From NCBI GenBank assembly GCA_963790205.1, contig CAWBNQ010000005.1, positions 128,001 to 192,000 on the forward strand: DNA of 64,000 nucleotides, given 5' to 3'. The DNA comes from Nitrospirota bacterium. GTDB lineage: Bacteria > Nitrospirota > UBA9217. Below are positions 49,492 to 59,749 of the stretch, in pieces. Below the pieces are notes generated by a model. It was not told the origin of the DNA, ran no database searches, and saw only the letters and a list, made by a program, of their open reading frames with translations. Each line of letters opens with the position of its first letter. Within the stretch, counting starts at the first letter, position 1. The translations under genes were made by a program, and so were the position numbers.

Positions 49492-50754
49492 CTAAGTCGT
49501 CTTTATTCCTCCGGGGACGCTCTCGGCCTCATACTGGAACAACGAACGATACAAGGGATTGGCTCTTAAGCGCACAGGCACCAGGCTCATCGGAATCCGC
49601 CCGTAGCGCCTTGCTCCTGTAAGCGTGTATGCATAAGCCGTCTGAGAAAGCTGCACACCCTTCTGATCGACAAAGCGGTAGGTCAAGGCAGAGGCGATCA
49701 GTATGACCGGCATTGTTGTCAGGAACATCACCAGGAATGCCGAATGATATGAAAGATGGGGCGCAACAAAACAAAAAATGGCGCAGCCCAGGGAGCTGAT
49801 CAGTAAAAAATGGAGGATATATACGGAGAAGGATATTTTTCCGAGAAAGACGAAAACGCTCCGGGAGAGAAGGGACTGCAGGTTCGGAAGATTCAAAAGC
49901 GCGAACATGACGAGACCGGCGCCCAGCATATGGTACGAGCGGGCGATGACCGGGAGTTTCATAAAGGCATACATCGTTCCCTCAGCCGACCTGCCCGCGG
50001 GATAAGACCCCAGAAAGAGTCCGGCCCCCAAAAGAATGAAATAGATTGCCCGGTATCTTTTTTTACCGAAGAGGTCCGGCCGGAGCGTAATAAGATCGCA
50101 GAGCATCATGCCCAGGACGAATGCGCCATAAGGCCTGTGCCTGAACAAGACCAGGGCGAGTGCATACCCCAGGTAACGCCGCTTCTCGTTTCGAAACAGC
50201 GCCACGAACAAAAAAACCAGTACGGAGCCGAAAAACTCGAACGTCATGGTCCAGAGCACGCCGTTATACGTGGCCTGATGCCTGAAAAAAGAGCCGATGA
50301 ACGCTTCATACAGGGCTGTCAGGAGGTTCGGCTCGAATTGCAAATAGCCGCGGAGCCAACCGGACCGGGTTATGATGCCGGCAGGCTGGTTGTAAAGCAG
50401 CGAAAAACGCAACAGTAAAAAGGACAGAAGAATAGAAATGAATACCGGAGGGAGGAGCCGAACGTATCTCTTGACGGTAAGAGGGAGGAGATATACCGGG
50501 AGAGCCCGGTTCTTAAAAAATTTATAAGCCAGCACAAATCCGCTCAGGATAAAAAACAAAGCGACGGCAAAGGCCCCGTTATAGAACAGGTTCAAGGGGG
50601 TCCCTGAAATGAGCACCTCGATCCCTTTCTCCGTATGGACCGGTTCCGTTGCACCGAAAAACAATGCCGGGTAGAATGCTATGGCAAAATGATTGAACAC
50701 CACGATGAGCGCCGCCAGGCCGCGCAGACTTTCCAGATACCCTAACTTTTTCAC
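49492..50754 (-). CDS. Acyltransferase family 3 (OafA-like)
   Basis: Motifs LESLRGLAA, FFILSGF, RYVRL, WTMTFE and LGKISFSVYILH. Confidence 0.9.
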   Translation of the reverse strand: MKKLGYLESLRGLAALIVVFNHFAIAFYPALFFGATEPVHTEKGIEVLISGTPLNLFYNGAFAVALFFILSGFVLAYKFFKNRALPVYLLPLTVKRYVRLLPPVFISILLSFLLLRFSLLYNQPAGIITRSGWLRGYLQFEPNLLTALYEAFIGSFFRHQATYNGVLWTMTFEFFGSVLVFLFVALFRNEKRRYLGYALALVLFRHRPYGAFVLGMMLCDLITLRPDLFGKKRYRAIYFILLGAGLFLGSYPAGRSAEGTMYAFMKLPVIARSYHMLGAGLVMFALLNLPNLQSLLSRSVFVFLGKISFSVYILHFLLISSLGCAIFCFVAPHLSYHSAFLVMFLTTMPVILIASALTYRFVDQKGVQLSQTAYAYTLTGARRYGRIPMSLVPVRLRANPLYRSLFQYEAESVPGGIKTT

Positions 50755-50766
50755 TTTGTTACCTCG

Positions 50767-50940
50767 TTAAAATGGTTCCCGTCCGCATCCGGCTTCCAAG
50801 ACACTGTTCAGACTGCTCGGCGATACGGGGTGGAAATCTTTTCTGATCCCCGCGGACTTCTTCGTCCGTTTTCAGCTTCAATGCGATACTTCCCTCAGCT
50901 CACCGCGATGAATTTCCGGAATCGTTTGAAGAGTACTCAT
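50767..50940 (-). pseudogene. Remnant 5' part of a SAM methyltransferase gene
   Basis: ATG coupled (ATGA) to the upstream GT2 stop. The same frame has two TGA stops, then VLEAGCG (motif I), then ends. Confidence 0.45.
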
Positions 50941-51884
50941 CGGGGCAGACACATCGAAACAGGCTGTCCTCGCAGGTGCCAGAGAAACAGATATCCGAAC
51001 ATCAGCCACCGCCGCCTCAATCTTCCCGCCAGAAACAGCGTCAGAAGGTTCATGAGCGTGTATCCCGACAATCTCACCGCCGTTTGACCCAGTCCCAGGA
51101 CGACCAGCCCCTTTGCCCGGATCCCGTCCAGATGCATTGTTTTTATGAAATAGAGATACCGTGACCGCCAGGATTCAACGCGTGCTTTCAAATTGATGTT
51201 CCTGGTGCTCTGTCCGCCGAAATGGTATATCTCAATATCCGGAAGATGGTAAATGAGCCATCCTGCCTTGTTCAGCCGGTAGCACCAATCGATCTCTTCG
51301 TAAAAAAAGAAATAGTCCTCGTCCAGCATGCCCGCTTCGTCGATGGCGGATTTTCGTACGAACATGCAGGCCCCTATGATGAAGTCCACGGCGGCCGGCC
51401 CGCTGAACACGGGCTTCCGGGCCTGTTGTTTCCGGGAGGAGAAAAGCCGCACCATGCTTGCGCTGGTCAGTTCGCTCAGGAGCTCCGGGAAAACGCCCGT
51501 AGACGTCTGCCGTGAGCCGTCCCGGAAGAGCAGCTGGGGACCGCACATCCCCGCCCGCGGATGCGCTAGCATGAACGCCAGCATCCGGTCGAGGGCATGT
51601 TCTTTGAGGACCGTGTCGCTGTTCAGAAGGACCGCGTATTCGCCGGTCATGCGGCGGATGGCCGCGTTATTCGCCTTTGCAAAACCTTCATTACGGGTGT
51701 TTGCGATGATCGTCACGCCCGGGTACTTATCCGCAACGGCCTCGACGCTCCCGTCCGCGCTCCCATTGTCGACGACGAAGATCTCAAAAACCGCTTTGTG
51801 GACCGTGTCATATACCGACGCTATGCAGTCCAGCAGAAGCTGCCTCGTGTTCCAGTTGATGATTATTATGGAAATATCGACCAA
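50937..51884 (-). CDS. Glycosyltransferase family 2 (WbbL-like)
   Basis: Motifs IIINWN, VDNGSADG, GFAKANN, LLNSD and FFYEEIDWC. Confidence 0.88.
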   Translation of the reverse strand: MVDISIIIINWNTRQLLLDCIASVYDTVHKAVFEIFVVDNGSADGSVEAVADKYPGVTIIANTRNEGFAKANNAAIRRMTGEYAVLLNSDTVLKEHALDRMLAFMLAHPRAGMCGPQLLFRDGSRQTSTGVFPELLSELTSASMVRLFSSRKQQARKPVFSGPAAVDFIIGACMFVRKSAIDEAGMLDEDYFFFYEEIDWCYRLNKAGWLIYHLPDIEIYHFGGQSTRNINLKARVESWRSRYLYFIKTMHLDGIRAKGLVVLGLGQTAVRLSGYTLMNLLTLFLAGRLRRRWLMFGYLFLWHLRGQPVSMCLPR

Positions 51885-51902
51885 TGCGCGCCCTTGCCCC
51901 GA

Positions 51903-52979
51903 TTATTGTTTTATGGCACCGGCATATACGTGTGTAAGCTTTTCTCCGAACCGCGACAGCGAAAATTCGTCCTCTGCGGTCTTTTTGCACCGGTCCGACA
52001 GCGCCCGGTACTGCGCGGGGTCCCGCAGCAGGGCAACGACCTGGTCGGCAAGCGCGGAAACGCCCGCTTCCGGTCTGTATAAGAAGCCTGTACCGTACTC
52101 TTCGATCAATTCCGCGCCGCCCTCGCCTTCCCGCGCGATGACGGGCGTGCCGGCGGCCATGCCCTCCATGAGCACGACGCCCAGCGCTTCATTCTCCGAA
52201 GGAAGCACGGTAAAATGGCTTAAGGACAGGATCTCCGGCACCTCCGACGTCCAGCCCGTAAAATGGATATTGTCCCGGATGCCGAGCTCAACGCTCCTTC
52301 CGAGAAGCGCTTCGTAGTATTCGCCGTGAACCGGGTCTCCGATAAAAACGAGCAGCGGCCGCTCTCCTCTTTTTTTGCATTCGCTCACGAGTTCCAGAGA
52401 GACCAGATGCGCCTTCCTCGTAAGGAGGCTCGAAATATGACAGAAGACCGAACTGTAGCGGTCAACATGCAGCGCACCTTTCCAGACTTCGCGCTTTTTC
52501 TCGTCAGGCCGGGAAAAACGCTGCACATCGATGCCCGGCCGGATCACGAGGGTCTTCTTCCGCGGGACCCTGTTTTCGTCGAGCAAGGACCTCTGTTTAT
52601 TCGAAAGGGCGATCACCCGGTCCATAAAGCGGTAACCGATATGGCACCGGGGCACCATCATCGTGCTCACGACCGGGCAGCGGGTGAGCCATGAAAGGAT
52701 GAGCCCGAGATAGTCGGCGCGATCGAGCGTCGTGTGGATGACGTCTATACTACTGTTTTTGACGAGCCGCCGCAAGAACAGCACATCGCGTATGCCCTTC
52801 ATGGTGATCCCGTGACAGACGAGCCCCATGCCGCGGACCGAATCGGTAACATAGCCCTCGGTCCCCCGGGCGACTACGGTGACGTTGTGGCCCATAGCGT
52901 GAAGGGTCGCGACCTGGTCCAGGAATATCCTTTGCGCCCCGTACCGGTCGTTTTTCGATATCATCTGCAGAATATTCAT
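51903..52979 (-). CDS. Glycosyltransferase family 4
   Basis: Motifs YGAQR, PGID and EALGVVLMEGMAAG. Confidence 0.85.
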   Translation of the reverse strand: MNILQMISKNDRYGAQRIFLDQVATLHAMGHNVTVVARGTEGYVTDSVRGMGLVCHGITMKGIRDVLFLRRLVKNSSIDVIHTTLDRADYLGLILSWLTRCPVVSTMMVPRCHIGYRFMDRVIALSNKQRSLLDENRVPRKKTLVIRPGIDVQRFSRPDEKKREVWKGALHVDRYSSVFCHISSLLTRKAHLVSLELVSECKKRGERPLLVFIGDPVHGEYYEALLGRSVELGIRDNIHFTGWTSEVPEILSLSHFTVLPSENEALGVVLMEGMAAGTPVIAREGEGGAELIEEYGTGFLYRPEAGVSALADQVVALLRDPAQYRALSDRCKKTAEDEFSLSRFGEKLTHVYAGAIKQ

Positions 52980-53028
52980 GATCGTTTTTTTATATGACTA
53001 CCCTGAGTCCCACCGGTCGGCCGGGCAG

Positions 53029-53856
53029 TTATAATTTTTTTATACCGTTTTTGCAAAACGGCTCCCTGTTCGCGATACGCCTTTTGAGTATGGCCAGGTT
53101 GTGCTGATATTTTTCGTTTTCAAAGCTCCACGATGACGGGTGCCAGAGATGAAAGATTATGGCGAGGCCCCGCACCGACCGTACCCGCTTCCCCTGATTG
53201 AGCACGCGGATGCCCAGATCGTTGTCCTCGATGGAGCCGTCCAGAAAATCCTCGTCGCAGCCGTTGATCGCGACGAAGAGGTCTTTAGAAAGGCTGAAAT
53301 TGCAGCCCCAGACGCCGTCATCGGTTATCCGGTCCCGGTGTGCTATGCGCCTCAGAAAGGGGCTTCGTATCATGAGCGCCTCCTCGACCTTGCGTGATCC
53401 TCCCCGGAAGGAGTCCCATATGAGACGGGGAGCGAGAGAATTCAATACTCTCCCCTCCTTGAGTAAGCGTTCCGTCAAAGCCCTTCCGATCTCAACGCGT
53501 TTCCCGCTCAGGATGGCGTCAAGGCTGCCCTGTTCCGCGTGAGTGCGGACAAAATGCCGGTGAGCCATGCAGTCTCCGTCCAGGAAGACCAGATAGTCTC
53601 CCGCCGCTTGCCGCACGGTCTCGTTCAGGATCTTCGGTTTTCTGAAGCCTTTGTCCTCATGCCAGACATGCCTTATTGGAAATACCCTCTTGAGCTGCGC
53701 CTGCATTTCGAGCACCATATCCCGGGTCTCGGAAGCGCTCCCGTCATCGGCGATCAAGACCTCATGAGGCAGCACGCTCTGTTCTGCCAGGCTCAGCAAA
53801 CACAGCCTGAGGGCCTGGGGACGGTTATAAGTAGGCACAACAACGGTAATTTGCAT
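53029..53856 (-). CDS. Glycosyltransferase family 2
   Basis: Motifs PTYNRP, IADDGS, FLDGD, GCNFS, EDNDLG and FHLWH. Confidence 0.88.
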   Translation of the reverse strand: MQITVVVPTYNRPQALRLCLLSLAEQSVLPHEVLIADDGSASETRDMVLEMQAQLKRVFPIRHVWHEDKGFRKPKILNETVRQAAGDYLVFLDGDCMAHRHFVRTHAEQGSLDAILSGKRVEIGRALTERLLKEGRVLNSLAPRLIWDSFRGGSRKVEEALMIRSPFLRRIAHRDRITDDGVWGCNFSLSKDLFVAINGCDEDFLDGSIEDNDLGIRVLNQGKRVRSVRGLAIIFHLWHPSSWSFENEKYQHNLAILKRRIANREPFCKNGIKKL

Positions 53857-53908
53857 GTTCGTTCTTTACGTTTCCTTTGCTTTCGCGGCCGGGTCCGAAA
53901 TACCTCCG

Positions 53909-54844
53909 TTATTTTTTTATCAGATAAAAAGCGGCCTGGTCCCCCCGGTTCTCTCTGTTCAGTTTCTTTGCCCGGCGTTTCCATTGCCTGACCTGCGAGG
54001 ACGTAAAGGTCCGGCCTTTTGACGCGAGCGGGAGCCCCCTTTTGTACCGTTCGCTTCCCTCAAATTGATCTTTCGTGGAATCGAAGACCACGGTCCGCAC
54101 GTGAAATCCCGTTTTGTCGGCAAGGATGTTCATGCTTTCGAGGGACGGGAGCATGTAATGCCGCGGCGCGTCGAGCTGCACCCAGTATTCCCGATACTGT
54201 TCCCAGGCATGGGAAGAAACCGTAGGGACCCTGATCAGGCAGCATCCGCCCGCGGGAAGCAGCCTTGAGACCGCCGTGAGATCCCCGATCGGATCAGGGA
54301 CGTGTTCAAAAGAGTGATGATACATGATCAGGTCCCACTCTCCCCTGACGTCGTAAAGGGACTGTTTCAGGACCCGCAAGCCGTTTTCGTACGTTATATC
54401 CTCGCGTATATACGGGTCGATCCCGAGCACATTCCGAAACCCGAGCTCCCTCAGGGCATACAGCCGCCAGCCATCGCCGCACCCGACGTCCAGGACCCTC
54501 GAATCCGTGGTAAGCCCGACCTTCGCCAAAGGAGCGAGTTTTTTATTCGGTGAAAGCGCGGAAACCAGCGCGCCGAGGACGCCGTGATTGAACACCGTAT
54601 AATGGTCCTTCAGCCGTCTCAAAGCCTTGTCCACCGGGTTCTTTTGGAACCTCCGTTGTTTCGGCGAAAAACTGTAATAGTGCGGCGGGTAATATTTCTC
54701 CATGTTCGACGGGATCTCGGCTATCTGCAGGCACTTGCAGGCCGAACACTGAAAGTAGTCGAACCGGTCCTTATACCCGAACATCATTTCCTGGACGGAA
54801 TATACGGCGTTATTCCTGCTGTTTCCGCAGATCCTGCACATCAC
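53909..54844 (-). CDS. SAM-dependent methyltransferase with N-terminal Zn-ribbon
   Basis: Motifs CRIC...CSAC, VLDVGCGDG, HSFEHVPDP and DAPRH. Confidence 0.82.
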   Translation of the reverse strand: MMCRICGNSRNNAVYSVQEMMFGYKDRFDYFQCSACKCLQIAEIPSNMEKYYPPHYYSFSPKQRRFQKNPVDKALRRLKDHYTVFNHGVLGALVSALSPNKKLAPLAKVGLTTDSRVLDVGCGDGWRLYALRELGFRNVLGIDPYIREDITYENGLRVLKQSLYDVRGEWDLIMYHHSFEHVPDPIGDLTAVSRLLPAGGCCLIRVPTVSSHAWEQYREYWVQLDAPRHYMLPSLESMNILADKTGFHVRTVVFDSTKDQFEGSERYKRGLPLASKGRTFTSSQVRQWKRRAKKLNRENRGDQAAFYLIKK

Positions 54845-54870
54845 TGGAGGTCACCCGTCCGAGCGCGATT

Positions 54871-55536
54871 TTAGTTGAACGCAAATATGCTCTTCACTTT
54901 TTTTCTGAAATCCCTGAGCTTCAGTCTGAATTTCAACCGTTTGAAATAAAAATTATCAAAATCGCTGTCGCGCAGCTCTTTCGTCTTTTTGTTGGTGACG
55001 ATGCTGTAGAGCTTGTATCCGGACAGATTATTCTCCGTAAAATGCACCGGTTTTTTTGCCTTGAGTAGGACCCCCGGCATCTCCGGATCTCCCTGCAGCG
55101 CCTGTATCTCGAAGTCCGAAAAAATATTTTTCATGTCTTCCTGCTCGTATCTCCAGAAATCGTAGGGGAAGCCGTGGTACTTGAAGCCGTGGGAACGGGT
55201 GGTAAGCAGAACGACCCCTCCCGGCCTGCAGATGTTCTTGATATTCGAGACGACCATTCTCCAATCCCGTATATGCTCGAGCATTTCCGTGGATATGACG
55301 GCGTCAAAGCTTTCTTTGCCGAAGGTATGCAGGATATCCTCGGCCCTGCACACGACGTCGACACCCCGTCCTTTTTCTATGTCAACACCAACGTATTCAC
55401 GGGGGCCGAGCGCCTCGACGGTCGGTCTCAGGTTGCCGTTCACGTCCACGGAACCGACCTCCAGGACCCGTTTCCCCTTGATCTCTTCCCCGGTCAGGTT
55501 CTTAGCGCCGAACAGGATGCAGCTTTGATTGCACAT
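54871..55536 (-). CDS. SAM-dependent methyltransferase
   Basis: Start re-called to ATG 55536 (TAATG overlap). Motifs VLEVGSVDVNG, EMLEH and HGFPYDFWRY. Confidence 0.8.
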   Translation of the reverse strand: MCNQSCILFGAKNLTGEEIKGKRVLEVGSVDVNGNLRPTVEALGPREYVGVDIEKGRGVDVVCRAEDILHTFGKESFDAVISTEMLEHIRDWRMVVSNIKNICRPGGVVLLTTRSHGFKYHGFPYDFWRYEQEDMKNIFSDFEIQALQGDPEMPGVLLKAKKPVHFTENNLSGYKLYSIVTNKKTKELRDSDFDNFYFKRLKFRLKLRDFRKKVKSIFAFN

Positions 55537-56660
55537 TATAATACTCTCCCTTGAATGATTGCGCTTTTCGGCATAACGGCCAGTGATTGAAAGAACCGGA
55601 AGTAATCGTCGGTCATCCGCTGTCTGCTGTAGCGCTCCGCTGTCCATCGAGGGCCTGCGTCGGCCATTGAGGCGCGCAGGGATTCGTTCTTCAATATCCT
55701 GATCACTTCCGATGCCATTCTCTCGGGCCCCCCGTCCACGAGAACTCCAGCCGGACAGCCTTCAAGAGAATCGCGGATGCCCCCTTCGTTTACCGAAACG
55801 ACCGGCGTTCCCGCGGCAAGGGACTTCAGCACCCAGATGCCGAACCCTTCGTTGCGATGGGTGCTGACCGCGACGTTGATGTCGGCATAGAAGGAGAGCA
55901 TGTCCTCTTTGGACAGCCTGCCGGTCCAAAGTATGGCTTGAGTGAGGCCGAGCTCTTCTGCGCGCTGCTTGAACGCCTCGACCGGGCCGGTCCCGTTTTC
56001 AGAGCCCACGAGCGCAAACCGTGTTCCGGGAAGCTCTTTATTGATCAAAACCAGGGCGTCGAGGAACTCGATCTGGTTCTTCCAGAGATCCCCCACCGTG
56101 CCGATGATCCGGGCGTCGTTGGGAAGACCGAAGCGGCTTCTCAGTATCCCGCGGCGGACATTCTCCGGCTTGAACTTGTCGAGGTCTATGCCGTAATAGA
56201 TGATGCTGGTCCGGGCGGCGAGCTTCGGGGAGTAAGAAACGATCCGGTCCCTTATGTGTCGCGAGATGGTCACGATCTTTTTCATGCGCGAAAGAAGGAA
56301 CCGCGATCTGAGGAACTCCGGCACCTGGGGCGTATACATGAGCGCCGGATTTCGCCCGGACAGCTTGGCACCGAGCCATGACTGGATGATATCGTGGCCG
56401 CGCTGGATATCGATGATCTCGTATCTATTCTCTTTGATGATCTTCGCTGTCTTGAATACCGCGCTTATCGTGCTCAGGCCCGAGCGTTTGATCGGATGAA
56501 GCGTGATATCGCTGCCCGTGAAAATATCCACAAGCGGCGTGCCGGGCCGGCAGACAAGGCCGACGCTCACTCCTTTTGCTGCAAGACCTGGGAGCAGGTC
56601 GCGCAAAAATTCCTCTCCCCCGCCCCTTCCCCTGAAGTTGTTCACAAACAGTATTTTCAC
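55536..56660 (-). CDS. Glycosyltransferase family 4
   Basis: Start re-called to GTG 56660. Motifs GGGEE, YGID and EGFGIWVLKSLAAG. Confidence 0.82.
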   Translation of the reverse strand: MKILFVNNFRGRGGGEEFLRDLLPGLAAKGVSVGLVCRPGTPLVDIFTGSDITLHPIKRSGLSTISAVFKTAKIIKENRYEIIDIQRGHDIIQSWLGAKLSGRNPALMYTPQVPEFLRSRFLLSRMKKIVTISRHIRDRIVSYSPKLAARTSIIYYGIDLDKFKPENVRRGILRSRFGLPNDARIIGTVGDLWKNQIEFLDALVLINKELPGTRFALVGSENGTGPVEAFKQRAEELGLTQAILWTGRLSKEDMLSFYADINVAVSTHRNEGFGIWVLKSLAAGTPVVSVNEGGIRDSLEGCPAGVLVDGGPERMASEVIRILKNESLRASMADAGPRWTAERYSRQRMTDDYFRFFQSLAVMPKSAIIQGRVL

Positions 56661-56701
56661 TAAGCCTGTCCTTTTTCTTGCCTTTTGCTCCTTACTCCTT
56701 A

Positions 56702-57478
56702 CTACCGAACTCCCAACTGCTTTCTCTCTTTCCATTCCCACGCCTTCGCATACTTGGCAAACACGTAATAGGAGTGGAAGAGGTTCAGTACAAGCCCGCG
56801 CTTCTTGTCAAGGAAACCGAGACGGAAGAAGTATTTGAGCATGAACGTAAAGACCGGCCTGAACAGGATGTTGACCCAGCCGGACTTGAAAGCACTGATG
56901 CCCCTCTCCGCCATGACGGTAACGGCAAGGGAGGAATACTTGTTGATCGAGGACATGTACGAAGCGAGATCGGGATAGGCGTAATGGAGCAGGGCGTGAC
57001 GGGTGTTGCCGACCCTGCCCTGGACCTTGATCGCTTCGTGCACGACCCGTTCTTCGAACCGGCCTTTCCCCTTGCGGAACAAGCGGAGGTTGTAGTCCGG
57101 ATACCAGCCCCCGTAGCGGACCTGTTCCCCGAGAAAGAAGGTTTTACGCGGTATGCGGTATCCGTCGAACGAACCGGACCGCGAGATGATGTCCCGGATC
57201 TCTTCAGCGAGGGCCGGTTCTATCGGTTCATCCGCGTCCAGGCTCAGGACCCAGTCGCCTGAGGTCCTGTCTATGGCCGCATTTTTCTGGCGCGCGAATC
57301 CGGGCCAATCCTGGTGGATGACCTTGTCGGTATATTCGCGGCAGATGGCGATGGTCTTGTCTGTGCTGCCCGAATCAACGACCACGATCTCGTCGGCCCA
57401 TGCCACGCTTTCGAGGGTGCGGCGGATGTTCTTTTCTTCGTTATGGGTGATGATAGCGACGGAAAGTTTCTGTGTCAT
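56702..57478 (-). CDS. Glycosyltransferase family 2 (WaaE/KdtX-like LPS core)
   Basis: Motifs ITHNEE, VDSGSTD, LDADE, GWYPD and VHE. Start at ATG 57478. Confidence 0.88.
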   Translation of the reverse strand: MTQKLSVAIITHNEEKNIRRTLESVAWADEIVVVDSGSTDKTIAICREYTDKVIHQDWPGFARQKNAAIDRTSGDWVLSLDADEPIEPALAEEIRDIISRSGSFDGYRIPRKTFFLGEQVRYGGWYPDYNLRLFRKGKGRFEERVVHEAIKVQGRVGNTRHALLHYAYPDLASYMSSINKYSSLAVTVMAERGISAFKSGWVNILFRPVFTFMLKYFFRLGFLDKKRGLVLNLFHSYYVFAKYAKAWEWKERKQLGVR

Positions 57479-57479
57479 A

Positions 57480-58544
57480 TTAATTCCGCGTAAGCTCCGG
57501 AACAATGGTCCTGACCTTCTGTTCAACGGCCTCGAGCGCCTCCTCCATGGCGATCCGTTTCATGCACTCATTGTCAGCGCACTTGTGCGGTTTGCAGGGA
57601 TAGCAGGAGAGCCGCTTGGTAATGACGGTATGGCCTTGGCCCCAGGGCCCCCACTTGCGCTCGTCCGTGGGGCCGAAGAGGGCGACAACGGGCACGCCTG
57701 TTGCAGCCGCCATGTGCATGGGTCCGGAATCTACGCCGAAGAACAAATTCGCCGCCCGGTATACCGAGATGTTTTCACGCAGGTCCGTGGCCCCGCAGAG
57801 GTCGAGACCGTTGAAGGGCCCCTGTTCCTCGATCTCGCGATAGAGCGCCGCGTCGTTTTTGGCGCCGGTATAGATGAAGCGGGCTTTGTACCGGTCCCGG
57901 AGCGCACGCATGACCGCAGCGAAGCGATCGAGCGGCCACTGCTTTGCCGGGAGGCTTGCCGCAGGGTGAATGATGATCTTCAGTTCATCGGTTTTCCATC
58001 CCGCCTGGGCGAAGCGCGCCTTGACCTTTGCGTCATTTTCCGGCGTGGGCCAGAGTTCAAGAGCTTTTGACCGAATCGGGGCGTCGATTGCGCGCAGACA
58101 GTCGAGAAAATTTTCCACCTCGTGCTGGTCGTGGCGGTATACTACGCTATCGGTCAGGAGCATTCCCCGCCCTTCGGTGGCAAAGCCGATCCTGCGCGGC
58201 ACGCCCGCGGCCCGGACAAGCAGCGCGCTCGAAAGGGAGCGCTTCAGCACGAACGCCGCATCATATCGCTCTTTTTTAATAAGCTTCCAGTAATGGATAT
58301 AGCCGGCGAGTCTGCCGCGTTCCGTGGCGGCGCTGTAGGTGTGGATGGTCTTGAACTCGAAAGGGACCACCCGGTCCACATACGGGCAGCCTTCGAGCAC
58401 CCGGCCGGAGAATGGCTCGATCATGAGGTCTATTCGCGCCGCGGGAAAGGCTTCGCGGAGGTTCCTGAGGAACGGGACCGTCAGGACCGTGTCGCCGATA
58501 AAGCGGTAACGCATCACCAGTATTTTTTTCGCCGTCAGCTTCAT
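57480..58544 (-). CDS. waaF: LPS heptosyltransferase II-like (GT9)
   Basis: Motifs FIGDTVL, RRIGF, KQWP, DSGPMHMA and FGPT. Confidence 0.75.
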   Translation of the reverse strand: MKLTAKKILVMRYRFIGDTVLTVPFLRNLREAFPAARIDLMIEPFSGRVLEGCPYVDRVVPFEFKTIHTYSAATERGRLAGYIHYWKLIKKERYDAAFVLKRSLSSALLVRAAGVPRRIGFATEGRGMLLTDSVVYRHDQHEVENFLDCLRAIDAPIRSKALELWPTPENDAKVKARFAQAGWKTDELKIIIHPAASLPAKQWPLDRFAAVMRALRDRYKARFIYTGAKNDAALYREIEEQGPFNGLDLCGATDLRENISVYRAANLFFGVDSGPMHMAAATGVPVVALFGPTDERKWGPWGQGHTVITKRLSCYPCKPHKCADNECMKRIAMEEALEAVEQKVRTIVPELTRN

Positions 58545-58635
58545 GTCGCAGTATCGTTAGGATTAAACCACCAACGCAAAGATGCTCCGGGAATAATTTG
58601 AAGTAAGATCGCAGGAGAGTCTCGTGCAGCTGTAA

Positions 58636-59676
58636 TTAACTCGCCTTGCCGGGCAACGCTTCCGTTGTCTCCCTCTTGTGCTCCTCCACCCTGTCTGCAA
58701 GAAACGTGATAAGAGGGCCGAGTCCGGCGCCGGTGACCGCGGATATGGGAAAGAACTCAACACCCGCTTCGCGGCAGAACCGCGTCAGTTCCTCAAGCTT
58801 GTCCGGCTCCGCGGCATCGATTTTCGTCGCGGCCACGGCCATATACTTCTTCAGCAGCTCCTTGCTGTACAGTTCCAGTTCGTTATTGATCTTCTTGAAA
58901 TTCTCCACCGGGTCGCCGGGCGCGAGGCCCGACACGTCCACCATATGGAGAAGGATGGACGTCCGCTCGATATGACGCAGGAAGTCGAACCCGAGGCCCG
59001 CCCCTTTATGCGCGTTCTCGATAAGACCGGGGATATCGGCCACCACAAAGCTCTTCCTGTTTTCCGGCTTCACCACCCCGAGCACCGGCGTGAGCGTGGT
59101 GAAGGGATAGTCCGCGATCTTGGGCTTGGCCGCGGAGATGCGGGAGATCAGTGTGGATTTGCCCGCATTCGGGAAGCCAACGAGCCCCACGTCAGCGAGC
59201 AGTTTCAGTTCGAGGAACAGGGTCTGTTCCTCGCCCGGCTCGCCCGGCTGGGAAAAGCGCGGCGCCTGACGGGTCGCGGTCTTGAAAAATGCGTTCCCCT
59301 TGCCTCCCCTGCCGCCTTTGGCGACCGTATACCCCTTGCCGTCGGCGTCGAGGTCCACGATCAGTCCGTGGCTCTCCGCGTCGTACACCAGCGTGCCCAC
59401 GGGCACGCGGATGACGATGTCCTCCGCCTCGGCGCCGGATTGCTGCTTGCCGCGGCCCTGTTCGCCGCTCTTGGCGAAATAGTTCTGCTGGTACCTGAGG
59501 TCGATGAGCGTGCCGAGCTGGCCGTCGGCCAGGATGATGATATCGCCGCCTTTGCCGCCGTCGCCGCCGTCGGGTCCGCCGCGCGGAACATAGGCCTCGC
59601 GCCTGAAGCTGATGCAGCCCTGCCCTCCGTGGCCCGCCTTAACGTTGATCTTGACCCGGTCTATAAAATTGGACAT
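58636..59676 (-). CDS. obgE: GTPase Obg/CgtA
   Basis: Gly-rich Obg domain. Motifs GFPNAGKST, YPFTT and DIPG. Confidence 0.95.
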   Translation of the reverse strand: MSNFIDRVKINVKAGHGGQGCISFRREAYVPRGGPDGGDGGKGGDIIILADGQLGTLIDLRYQQNYFAKSGEQGRGKQQSGAEAEDIVIRVPVGTLVYDAESHGLIVDLDADGKGYTVAKGGRGGKGNAFFKTATRQAPRFSQPGEPGEEQTLFLELKLLADVGLVGFPNAGKSTLISRISAAKPKIADYPFTTLTPVLGVVKPENRKSFVVADIPGLIENAHKGAGLGFDFLRHIERTSILLHMVDVSGLAPGDPVENFKKINNELELYSKELLKKYMAVAATKIDAAEPDKLEELTRFCREAGVEFFPISAVTGAGLGPLITFLADRVEEHKRETTEALPGKAS

Positions 59677-59749
59677 CGCTGGACAGTAGCTTTCTCCCTT
59701 TGTTTCAAAGGGTTAATAACGTATTTAAATAGCATTTTCAATGCATTGA

